Shown here piece after piece: positions 19,214 through 28,006 of a stretch of DNA of 64,000 nucleotides. The first letter of the stretch is position 1. The number at the start of each line of letters is the position of its first letter. The stretch comes from Dehalococcoidia bacterium. Its GTDB lineage: Bacteria > Chloroflexota > Dehalococcoidia > Plut-88900. The position numbers and the translations under genes were made by a program. The notes below the pieces were generated by a model, which ran no database searches, was not told the DNA's origin, and saw only the letters and a program-made list of their open reading frames with translations. The stretch is taken from positions 1,248,001-1,312,000 of the forward strand of contig CBDBLV010000005.1 in NCBI GenBank assembly GCA_965207225.1. Reading direction: 5' to 3'.

Positions 19214-20014
19214 TTGCGAGTAGACGTCCACACCCATGTCTGGCCCGACTCCATCGCCCCAATAGTGGAAAAGCACGCTACCTGCGACCTGAAGCTGGAC
19301 ATGCCCCTGCCCAACACCGTGGCTGGCCTGAAAGCCCACATGCAGGACTCGGGCTGGGATAAATCTGTCGTCGTGGGCATCGCCGAACGCCCCGACCAGG
19401 TGCAGGGTGTCAACGATTGGCTCATCGGTATCCAGGACTCAACCATCGTCTCCTTCGGCGCCATCCACCCACTCCTCGAAGACAAACCCGCCGAAATCCG
19501 ACGCATCCGCTCCCGGGGCCTAAAGGGCATCAAGCTTCACCCCGTCCTCAACCGCTTCCACCCCGACGACCCGTCAATGTTCCCCCTCTACGAGGAAATC
19601 GGCGACTCCATGGTCGTCGCAATCCACTGTGGCTCCATGCCCCACCTCCGAGACAAACGCCCCGACTTCGCTGCCCCCAGCCGCATAGCCAGCGTGGCCC
19701 GGCAGTTCCCCCGTCTGAAGATTATCGCCTTCCACCTCGGCGGCTTCTACATGCTCGATGAGGCCGAGAAACATCTCGTCGGCCTCCCCAATGTCCTAAT
19801 CGACACCTCCTGGCCCCCGACCGTCAACGAAATCGCCCCCGACACCCTAATGAACATCGTCAACAACCACGGCGCCGACAAAATCACCTTCGGCACCGAC
19901 TATCCCTTCGCCTCCCAGACCGCAGACGCCGAGTTCCTCTCCTCCCTTCCCCTCACCTCCACCCAACTGGACATGCTCCTCGGCAGCAACGCCGCCGCCT
20001 TCATCGGCCTGTAG
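19214..20014 (+). CDS. amidohydrolase_2 family protein
   Basis: DVHTH, GIKLHP, HLGG and FGTDYPF. Confidence 0.9.
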   Translation: MRVDVHTHVWPDSIAPIVEKHATCDLKLDMPLPNTVAGLKAHMQDSGWDKSVVVGIAERPDQVQGVNDWLIGIQDSTIVSFGAIHPLLEDKPAEIRRIRSRGLKGIKLHPVLNRFHPDDPSMFPLYEEIGDSMVVAIHCGSMPHLRDKRPDFAAPSRIASVARQFPRLKIIAFHLGGFYMLDEAEKHLVGLPNVLIDTSWPPTVNEIAPDTLMNIVNNHGADKITFGTDYPFASQTADAEFLSSLPLTSTQLDMLLGSNAAAFIGL

Positions 20015-20042
20015 TCTCTTGTGCTGGCCCTTGTAAAAGGCA

Positions 20043-20076
20043 AGAGGCCCGACCCCAAATATAGGGTCGGGCCTCT
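20043..20076. terminator. hairpin terminator between convergent genes
   Basis: AGAGGCCCGACCC...GGGTCGGGCCTCT. Confidence 0.7.
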
Positions 20077-20128
20077 CCATTCCTTCGGCTTATCAGTTTC
20101 TGATTAAGCTATGCCTTGAGCCGGAGCT

Positions 20129-21517
20129 CTAGTTCCCCACGCTCTGGAGGTAGCCCAGCCAGAGGTCGTTCCACTCGCTGTTCTTTTCTCCGCTGTACTT
20201 CTCGTTCTCGAAGATGGCGTAGGGCACGTTGGCGGGCGATACCGGCAGTGCGGGAAGCACGTGCTCAAACTCGGGGCCCGTGAGGTATTCCGCGGACTTC
20301 AGGTTCAGAGGTCCGTAGGAGATGTACTTCGACTGCTCTGCGTTGATCTGCGGATGTCCCGTCCAGGCAACCCACAGCTGCGCAATCTCAAACGCCTCGG
20401 GGTTGGCCTCTTTGAAACCGTTTGCAAATACCAGCGCTCCCGTACCGACCAGGTGTCCGCACTCCCAGCAGATGCCGAGGGGCTCGCCCTCCTGCTGGGC
20501 GTTGAAGATCCGGCCGTTCCAGGCCGTGCACATCACATTGTCACCCGAAATCAGGAACTGCGGGCAGTCCGATCCCGTCGTCCAGAAGTTGTCCGGAGGG
20601 AAGGCGCTCCAGTGCGCCAGTGCCGCCTGTACGTCTTCATCCGTCGGCGCACCCAGGGCAGTCCTGCCTTCTTGCGTTTCCAGTCTGCTCGGGTCGAGGT
20701 CCAGGAGGGCCGAGAACCAGCTGCCTCTGTAGGAGTCTCTCACGCTCCGCGGGCCAGGGTAGCTGTCCCTGTCGAAGAAAGCATCCCAGCCTGTGATCTC
20801 TCCCTCTGGGAATGCGTCGGTGTTGTAGGCCAGCACCGTGGACCAGGTGATTCCACCGCCGCCGCCGTAGCGGGTACGAACGGTCTCTACGTGGTTCCGG
20901 TTGTCAACCACGGTCATGTCGAGCTCTTCCAGGTTGCCAAGTCCGATCTGCGCCCACAGTTCGCGGCCGCCCACGTCCATTACGTGCCAGCTGAAGTTGC
21001 CCGTCTCCACCATCGCCGGAATCCTGGCGTAGGACATCGGGCTCTCTTCAACTATCTCGATTCCGAACTTCGCCACGAACGGCTCGATGTAAGCCTGTCG
21101 CTGGGCAGCCTGGTACGCGCCGCCCCAGGAGGTGAACACGAAGCTGGCGCCGCGGTACTTCTCTATCTCCGCTTCCAGCTCCTCGAAAGTAGCCGGGTTC
21201 TCTTCCGTCCACTCGGACCGGGGCCTTAGGCCCGTGCCGGTGTCATCGTCGTCTTCCATCGCTTCCGGAGTTGCCGTGGGTTCCGGCATTGCATCATCCG
21301 GCTCATCCGGCATCGCCGTCGGCTCCATCGCGTCATCCGGCTCGTCCGGCATTGCCGTCGGCTCCGGCATCGCGGTGGGCTCCTCCATGGCCTCTGGCGT
21401 CGCCGTTGCCGCTTCGCCGCAGGCCGCGAGGACCATTAGTGCTACTAGAAGAATGCTCAGCCCGGCGAAGATGCCTCGCCTGGAGAGCTTTCCTCTCCTC
21501 ATTCCTTTCTCTCTCAT
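20129..21517 (-). CDS. PotD/PotF-like extracellular solute-binding lipoprotein, paralog 1
   Basis: SWGGAYQAAQ, WSTVLAYN and AWNGR; lipobox LAAC; acidic EPTAMP/DEPDDAM linker. Confidence 0.9.
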   Translation of the reverse strand: MREKGMRRGKLSRRGIFAGLSILLVALMVLAACGEAATATPEAMEEPTAMPEPTAMPDEPDDAMEPTAMPDEPDDAMPEPTATPEAMEDDDDTGTGLRPRSEWTEENPATFEELEAEIEKYRGASFVFTSWGGAYQAAQRQAYIEPFVAKFGIEIVEESPMSYARIPAMVETGNFSWHVMDVGGRELWAQIGLGNLEELDMTVVDNRNHVETVRTRYGGGGGITWSTVLAYNTDAFPEGEITGWDAFFDRDSYPGPRSVRDSYRGSWFSALLDLDPSRLETQEGRTALGAPTDEDVQAALAHWSAFPPDNFWTTGSDCPQFLISGDNVMCTAWNGRIFNAQQEGEPLGICWECGHLVGTGALVFANGFKEANPEAFEIAQLWVAWTGHPQINAEQSKYISYGPLNLKSAEYLTGPEFEHVLPALPVSPANVPYAIFENEKYSGEKNSEWNDLWLGYLQSVGN

Positions 21518-21773
21518 GTTCTCTCCTTGAATTATCCCTTGGGCCTCGGTTTTGGGTCCGACCTATCGCAAGTCGCAGGCCGACTCCACGTACTGTCTCA
21601 TCTATGTTGTTATCTCACCTCCAAAGTCCTGAGAATATCTTGGGTTGCTGAACAAGTGTGGAAGGGCAGTTGAATAGGGGCAGGGCGCCCCTTAAAGAAA
21701 AGCACAACGTCGCAGCGTTTCGTGCCTCGCTGCGGCGTTAATCAAGCTGCCACGATTATGAAAATTTTGTCGA

Positions 21774-21801
21774 ATTATAGTGGAGTCTCCCTCTTTGTCA
21801 A
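21774..21801 (-). promoter_or_regulatory. sigma70-type promoter of SBP paralog 1
   Basis: TTGACA-N16-TATAAT on the - strand. Confidence 0.7.
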
Positions 21802-21902
21802 TAGCTGGCAACCTTACCCTTAAAAGCTCCCTGAGCCCGACAGCCCCCGTTTCAAGCTGTCACTCATTTCACCTGCTATGGAGTCCTTCATGCACCAAAA
21901 GC

Positions 21903-21936
21903 AAGAGGCCCGGCGCCAACAGGCGCCGGGCCTCTT
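21903..21936 (-). terminator. terminator of SBP paralog 2
   Basis: AAGAGGCCCGGCGCC aaca GGCGCCGGGCCTCTT perfect hairpin. Confidence 0.75.
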
Positions 21937-21983
21937 CATTTCTACAGGTCGTCTCGGACCCTTTTGGTTCGCTCCACTAACCC

Positions 21984-23369
21984 CTAGTTCGCTGCCAATC
22001 CCTGCTGGTATTCCAGCCACAGCTCGGTCCACTCGGGGTTCTTCTCTCCGCTGTACAGCTCATTCTCAATAATCGAATACGGCGCATTATCCGGTGAAGT
22101 CGGCAGGGCTGGCCGTACTGCGTCGAATTCCGAACCACCTTGGAACTCAGCTGACCTCAGGTTCAGAGCGCCATAGGTGATGTACCTGGAGATGTTGGCG
22201 TTAATCTCCGGCAGTCCCGTCCAGGCAATGAACAACTGTCCGAGGTCAAAGGCCTCGGGGTTCGATTCATCCAGGCCCTTGGCCATAACAAAAGCGCCTG
22301 TGCCGATGAGGTGTCCGCACTCCCAGCAGATCGCCAGGGGCTCACCCTCTATCTGGGCGTTGTATATCCTGCCGTTCCACGCCGTGCACATGTCGTAGTC
22401 GCCCGAGATTAGCGTCTGCGGGCAGTCCGACCCGGTGTGCCAGAAACCGTCTGGGGGACTGGCTTCCCAGAGCGCTAGCGCTTCCTGGACGTCCTCGTCC
22501 GTTGGGGCGCCAAGTCGTGCTCTCCATTCGGCGTTTTCCAGCCTGCTGTGATCGTTCGCCAGCAGCGCCGAGAACCAGCTGCCTCTGTAAGCGTCCCTAA
22601 CGCTTCGTCTCCCGGGGAAATTCTCCCGGTCGAAGAAGTCGCCCCACGTAGTGATGCTTCCCTCGGGGTATACGTCCGAGTTGTACGCCAGTACCGTGGA
22701 CCAGGTGATTCCGCCGCCGCCGCCGTATGGCGTGCTCACAGTCTCAACGTGGTTCCGGTTGTCCACTACGCTGAGGTCTAGCTCCGCCAGCGCATCAATG
22801 TTGATGTGGTTCCAGAGCTCCCGGCCGCCTACGTCCATTACGTGCCACTTGTAGTTGCCCGTGTCTACCATTACGCGTATCACCGCGTACTCCATCGGGC
22901 TCTCTTCCACGACCTCGATTCCGAACTGACTGGAGAACGGCTCTATGTAAGCTTGCCGCTGGGCCGCCTGGTAAGCGCCGCCCCAGGAAGTGAACACGAA
23001 GCTCGAACCCCTGTACTTTTCGATCTCGGCTTCCAGTTCTGCCCGGTTCGCCGGGTTCTCTTCCGTCCACTCGGACCTGGGCCTCACGCCCGTATCCGGC
23101 ATCGCTGTCGGCTCAGGCATCGCCGTCGGTTCCATCGCATCGTCCGGTTCGTCCATCGCATCGTCCGGTTCGTCCATCGCGTCATCCGGCTCGTCCGGCA
23201 CCGCCGTCGGCTCCGGCATGGCCGTCGGCTCTTCTTCCATCGCTTCCGGTGTAGCAGTCGCAGCTTCGCCACAAGCGGCTAGCACCATCAGCGCAATCAG
23301 GAGGATGCTCAGCCCAGCAAGGACCCCCCTCCTTTTCGTAAACTTCCTTCTCCTATAACCGTGCGTCAT
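21984..23369 (-). CDS. PotD/PotF-like extracellular solute-binding lipoprotein, paralog 2
   Basis: Clearly paralogous to 20129-21517, with the same motifs and linker. Confidence 0.9.
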   Translation of the reverse strand: MTHGYRRRKFTKRRGVLAGLSILLIALMVLAACGEAATATPEAMEEEPTAMPEPTAVPDEPDDAMDEPDDAMDEPDDAMEPTAMPEPTAMPDTGVRPRSEWTEENPANRAELEAEIEKYRGSSFVFTSWGGAYQAAQRQAYIEPFSSQFGIEVVEESPMEYAVIRVMVDTGNYKWHVMDVGGRELWNHINIDALAELDLSVVDNRNHVETVSTPYGGGGGITWSTVLAYNSDVYPEGSITTWGDFFDRENFPGRRSVRDAYRGSWFSALLANDHSRLENAEWRARLGAPTDEDVQEALALWEASPPDGFWHTGSDCPQTLISGDYDMCTAWNGRIYNAQIEGEPLAICWECGHLIGTGAFVMAKGLDESNPEAFDLGQLFIAWTGLPEINANISRYITYGALNLRSAEFQGGSEFDAVRPALPTSPDNAPYSIIENELYSGEKNPEWTELWLEYQQGLAAN

Positions 23370-23645
23370 TGTGCGTGCTCCTTGCTATTCCTTGGGCCAT
23401 GTCAAATTGTTCGCATTGAAACAGGTCTTCATTGACCTGTCATTGATCGAGTCCGCCAATTGAAAAGACTTACCTCCAAAAGTCCAGCGGTACGGCCGAA
23501 AAATTGAAATTCAACCACAAAGATTAACGGGTAAGCCCCCGACCTGTGTCGATGGGACGGCTTATAAACATATAACGTCGCAGTGTCAGAAATGTTATCT
23601 GCGGCGTTATGCTGCCTTGCGGTTAAACTATTTCCCCAAGGTACC

Positions 23646-23673
23646 ATTCTACTTGCAAGAGGCTTCCTGTCAA
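23646..23673 (-). promoter_or_regulatory. sigma70-type promoter of SBP paralog 2
   Basis: TTGACA-N16-TAGAAT on the - strand. Confidence 0.65.
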
Positions 23674-23755
23674 GTCGGATTTCATTGCCCTGGAATTGCA
23701 CAGCCGGACATGCCCCCCCTGCCTCTGTTCTCCCCTCCCCCCTCTCTCCCATTCC

Positions 23756-24505
23756 GTCATTCCAGACCCCGATCGGGAATCCATCCCTCCTCGGCGGTGG
23801 GGCCGCTCATGCTGAGGCCCTCGAAGTGCGAGCGGTGGGGTGGCCCACGCATCTTCAGCCCCTCACATAACTCCACTGACAACCCACGTCCCTCACTGTC
23901 ATTCCGAACGGCAATGAGGAATCTGGGGAGGGGCGGTGCAGGTCTCCCAACCCACCTCGCCATTCACCGACCCCCCTTCCCATTCCGATGCCCCGCGAGG
24001 AATCTAACGCGCAACTCCCCCAACTCACCTCGTCCATAGCCCTTCACACCCCTCCCATCCCATTTCCCCATCTCCGCCATCCCCGACCTCGATCGGGAAT
24101 CCATCCCCGGCGGTGAGGCCGCTCGTGCTGAGCCCCTCTTAAGCATGCCCCGAGTCCCTCGAGGGGTACGAGCGTGGGGCGGCCCACGCATCTTCAGGCC
24201 CTCGCATACCCCCACTGACAACCCACGCCCCTCACTGTCATTCCGAACGGCAGTGAGGAATCTGGGGAATGGCGGTGCAGGTCCCGCAACTCACCTGACT
24301 CCCCCGTCATTCCCGACCCCAATCAGGAATCCAGAGGTGCGCTGGGAGGCGTCCAGTCCCCTCTCCCTCGACGGGAGAGGGCTAGGGTGAGGGTGATACG
24401 AGTGCCAGGAGACCAGCTATTCAGAGCCCTCTCGAAGGCAGAGGGCTAGATCCTGTCCCAACCCCCCACGCCCCTTTCCCATTCCGATGCCCCGCGAGGA
24501 ATCTC
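23756..24505 (+). repeat. mosaic cluster of REP-like palindromes (BIME-like)
   Basis: Alternating CATTCCGA...GAGGAATCT, CATTCCCGACCCCGATCGGGAATCC, GGCCGCTC...CGAGCGG and CCCTCTCCC..GGGAGAGGG units; ~23835-23955 recurs at ~24173-24293. Confidence 0.85.
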
Positions 24506-24678
24506 CAGCACCCCTCCCTAAACCCACCCCCTGCCTAACCTCGCGCACCCATCCCTGGCATCCCCCTTGGTAAAGACACATCAAAAATGCACCGCATTTT
24601 TGATGTGTCAATAAAACAGGGCGGGCGGGTGGGACTCATATCACTCCCCGGGGGTCGGGGAGGAGCATCCCCCTCCCT

Positions 24679-24821
24679 CCAGTACTGAACTAGGGGCCCA
24701 GGTGCGTGCAGAGCACGCACCTGGGCTTCTGTTCTTCTCTCCCCCTCTCCCTTACAGGCCCTAAGAGCCTGCCCCGAGTCCCTCGAGGGGGAGAGGGGGA
24801 CCAAGGCGGAGAGGGTTCCCC
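24679..24821 (+). repeat. two-hairpin element, copy C (different stem sequence; insertion in hairpin 2)
   Basis: AGGGGCCCAGGTGCGTGC aga GCACGCACCTGGGCTTCT; same flanks as copy A. Confidence 0.85.
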
Positions 24822-24865
24822 AGGGGGCCGGGGAGAAAATCCCCCCAAAATGCTCCCAAAGCCTC

Positions 24866-24893
24866 TTGACATCTGCCATATACGTTCTATACT
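24866..24893 (+). promoter_or_regulatory. sigma70-type promoter upstream of the 60-bp array
   Basis: TTGACA-N16-TATACT, overlapped by three ACGT(T)C direct repeats (24882-24912). Confidence 0.65.
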
Positions 24894-25038
24894 AACGTTC
24901 AGACCTAACGTCTACACCCAAATCTCACAACAAAACACTGTCAAACAGGGGGCCCGCCAGACCGGGCCCCCGACGCCCCCAAAAAGGGGCGCCTGCTCAA
25001 GAGGCGGTTGGTCTGCTGACCCAGCCCGACCCCCTCGC

Positions 25039-25398
25039 GGATGCCCTCGGCCGCAGACCGCGGAAGAACCCCCGTACCCGGGCTGCCTGCCAGGGTGTGG
25101 ATGCCCGCGGCACAACGCCGCGGAAGAGTCCCCGCTCCGCCTCACCGGGCGTAGAAGCGGATGCCTGCGGCACCGGGCCGCGGAAGAGTCCCCGCTCCGC
25201 CTCACCGGGCGTAGAAGCGGATGCCTGCGGCATTGCGCCGCGGAAGAACCCCCGCTCCGCCTTACCGGGCGTAGAAGCGGATGCCTGCGGTGCTGCACCG
25301 CGGAAGAATCCCCGTGCCCGGGCTACCTACCAGGGCACGGATGCCCGCGGCTCCAGGCCGCGGAAGACTTCCCGCCCCGTCGGGCGCGGTAGAAGGCC
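25039..25398 (+). repeat. tandem array of six 60-bp double-hairpin units
   Basis: GGATGCC starts at 25039, 25099, 25159, 25219, 25279 and 25339; each unit contains CCGCGGAAGA. Confidence 0.92.
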
Positions 25399-26305
25399 CA
25401 GGGGCCGACGCCCCAACCGTCGCCGCTCCCTGTCCCATGTCCCCGCCTCCCTGCCCCGGCTGTCCCCCGACAGCCCGGACATCGGAGGCGAAATCGCCCT
25501 CCTCCGCTCGTTGACCAACCGCCTCTTGAGCATGCGTCCCCTCGACTACACCCAGATCAACCGATGCCTCCGACTCATCATCCGCGCTTACTCCGCCCAG
25601 GCCAAGGCCCCCAAACAGCTCACCGACGAAGAGCAAATCGACAACCTCATCAAGAAAGTCTTCCAGGACAACGTAGACAGGGGTGACCTCGACTTCCGCG
25701 ACCTCATCCCCGTCCGCATGGCCCGGCCTGGCGACAAGTGGTGGCCCTGGAGAATGCTCCTCCCCCTGAAGGACCGCTGGCGCTACGGCCTCATCGACCC
25801 CGACGAACCCTGGCCCCAGGAAGAAAACCAAAGGCTCGCGGAGAGCGAGGCCATGCAGAAGTTCATCGCCGAAGCCTACCTCAACCCCGACTTACTCAAA
25901 GGCCTCGACACCGAAGACGAGGACCCAGACCCCGATGACGAAGACGACTATGACCCCGATGATGACAATCCCGACGACGAAGACGACGACTATGACCCAG
26001 ACCCGGACGACGACGAGGCCCCACCCCACCTAACCGTCATTCCCGACCCCGATCGGGAATCCATCCCCGCCCCTCATCCCATTCCGATGCCCCGCGAGGA
26101 ATCTCTCACGCCCATAACTGAATCCACACCCTTACCCGTAGGAGCGTCCTTCGTGGACACCCTCCCCGTCGGCGTGGCCGCTCGTGCTGAGGCCCTCGAA
26201 GCGCGAGCGGCGGTCGGCCCGCATACCACCGACCCGTCACCCCATGACGAAGACCCACCCCCACCTCCCCAACCCCGCATCGCCCGAGGCCGCCCCCCTC
26301 CCTGA
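25097..26305 (+). CDS. hypothetical protein (basic 20-aa repeats, helical core, D/E-rich tract, REP-derived tail); start uncertain
   Basis: Core ~25470-26020 has strong C-ending codon bias like other + strand genes; an in-frame CTG at 25013 follows GAGG. Confidence 0.6.
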   Translation: MDARGTTPRKSPRSASPGVEADACGTGPRKSPRSASPGVEADACGIAPRKNPRSALPGVEADACGAAPRKNPRARATYQGTDARGSRPRKTSRPVGRGRRPRGRRPNRRRSLSHVPASLPRLSPDSPDIGGEIALLRSLTNRLLSMRPLDYTQINRCLRLIIRAYSAQAKAPKQLTDEEQIDNLIKKVFQDNVDRGDLDFRDLIPVRMARPGDKWWPWRMLLPLKDRWRYGLIDPDEPWPQEENQRLAESEAMQKFIAEAYLNPDLLKGLDTEDEDPDPDDEDDYDPDDDNPDDEDDDYDPDPDDDEAPPHLTVIPDPDRESIPAPHPIPMPREESLTPITESTPLPVGASFVDTLPVGVAARAEALEARAAVGPHTTDPSPHDEDPPPPPQPRIARGRPPP

Positions 26306-26464
26306 CCCCCTCCGTCATCCCGAACGCCGCCCATGTCATTCCGAACGGCAGTGAGGAATCTGGGGAGGGGTGGTGCAGGTCTCCCAACTCACCTGGATTT
26401 GCACCCTCCCCGCACGGGCGTCCCTCGTCGGTGCCCCGGGGAAGCGAGGCGCAGGTCTATCAAT

Positions 26465-27865
26465 TCACTCTGCCCCCCACCCCGGCCCCGCATCAATCCC
26501 CAGCCGCCCCGCCCGCGCAGCCACCGACTCGGACACCTTCCTGTACACCTCCCCCTCGTCCACTCGCGTAGAATGCCCATCCTTGAAAACGACCTCCCCG
26601 TTCACCATCACGGTATCGACACTACCAGCCCCCATCGTCAACGTCAGCAGGTGGATCGGATTGTTCGACGGATACGCCTCAGCCGCCCCTGCACTCCTCA
26701 CGACGATATCCGCCCGCTTCCCCGGCTCCAGGCTTCCCAGCTCTGTCTCCATCCCAGCCGCCGCCGCTCCATTGACCGTCTGCATCTCCAGCAACGCTTC
26801 CGGCGACACCGCGTCCGAGTAGCTCTGGCTTGCAAAGTGCCCGGCCAGCATCACGTGCCCCGGCGTACACCCGACCGCACCGTCCGTCCCCAATGCCACG
26901 CGTGTCCCGTTCCGGTACCTCTCCGCCATCTTGAACTTCGCACTCCCCCCGAACCCCAGCGCGAAGAACGCCGCCGGGCACCACACGATTTTGCAGCCAC
27001 TTTCTCTTATAGCGGCTTCCTCTTCATCATCCACCACATTTGCATGAACTATGACCGTGTTCTCGTCCAGTACCCCTAAATCTTGCAAATGAACAATATG
27101 GCTCTTGCCATTGAGCGCCCGGTATATGGGCCCCTCTCCCGGCACGAAACCCGCGTGCAGCTGAAACGGAACGCCGTTGTCTCGGGCGCACGCATGTGCC
27201 GCCTGCAGAAGCTCTGGAGAGGCCGTTCCCGCTCCGTACACGAACACGAAACCGCGCACCGGCGCCTCCGAGTCTTCGTTCCGGTGCAGCTCCGACCCAA
27301 TCAGCGTCATTGCCCGCCCATGATCGATCGGCGCCCGGGCCGCCAGGCTCGGACTCATCAGCGACGGTACCGCATCGAAGCACTCCTGCCTGTCCCAGAG
27401 GTACAGCGGGGCAAAAAGCGCCCTCATCCCCACCCGACTCACCGCCTCCGCTCCGGCCTCCGTCGAGAACAAGGACCCGGGCTCAATGAACATCGTAAAG
27501 CCTGCCCGAAGCATCTCAAGGCTCGCCATTTCCGTAGCGAAAGCTTCATCCTGCTCCGTGACCCCTGCCTTCCACGTCGCAAAATTCACCGAGGATGGGT
27601 TGTGGCTTCGAACATCCCCCACCCCCCGACAGGACGTGTGTACAACATGATTGTGAGCATCAATGAACCCGGGATGAACAATGCCACCCCCGGCATCCAC
27701 AATCTCCCTCGCCTCGAACTCCCCTCCCATTTCTGTATCCGTTCCAACCCCCACTATTCGCCCTCCCGCCACCGCTACCGCTCCGCACCTGTATATCCGC
27801 CTCTCCGAGTCTATTGTCACTATCAACCCATTGCGAATGAGGACGTCACACTTGACCTTTTCCAT
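26465..27865 (-). CDS. amidohydrolase, MtaD/SsnA-like deaminase family
   Basis: PGFIDAHNH, VHAN, ALGTDG and GSLEPGKRADIV. Confidence 0.9.
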   Translation of the reverse strand: MEKVKCDVLIRNGLIVTIDSERRIYRCGAVAVAGGRIVGVGTDTEMGGEFEAREIVDAGGGIVHPGFIDAHNHVVHTSCRGVGDVRSHNPSSVNFATWKAGVTEQDEAFATEMASLEMLRAGFTMFIEPGSLFSTEAGAEAVSRVGMRALFAPLYLWDRQECFDAVPSLMSPSLAARAPIDHGRAMTLIGSELHRNEDSEAPVRGFVFVYGAGTASPELLQAAHACARDNGVPFQLHAGFVPGEGPIYRALNGKSHIVHLQDLGVLDENTVIVHANVVDDEEEAAIRESGCKIVWCPAAFFALGFGGSAKFKMAERYRNGTRVALGTDGAVGCTPGHVMLAGHFASQSYSDAVSPEALLEMQTVNGAAAAGMETELGSLEPGKRADIVVRSAGAAEAYPSNNPIHLLTLTMGAGSVDTVMVNGEVVFKDGHSTRVDEGEVYRKVSESVAARAGRLGIDAGPGWGAE

Positions 27866-28006
27866 TGCCCTGCACTCCGTTCTAACTTGGGTGGTTTCGC
27901 CAAACGACGCCCACCCGAGTATCAAACACTATTCAAGGTGCGTATAGTGGCTTCGCCGCCCAGTCGACTATGACACCTATCCCCGTGATTCAAAAGAGAC
28001 AGCGAC

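Noticed and set aside
24706-25392. Alternative-frame ORF over element C and the array
   Set aside because: It starts inside a repeat element, spans the promoter and has no RBS.
25039-25398. CRISPR array
   Set aside because: The would-be spacers are not unique (units 2-4 share one, units 1 and 5 share another), variation sits inside the palindrome loop, and no cas genes are in the window.
25039-25398. Regularly spaced GGATG, CCGCGG and GAAGA (FokI, SacII, MboII sites) as a restriction decoy or synthetic construct
   Set aside because: Short motifs recur automatically in any tandem repeat; no R-M genes or vector features.
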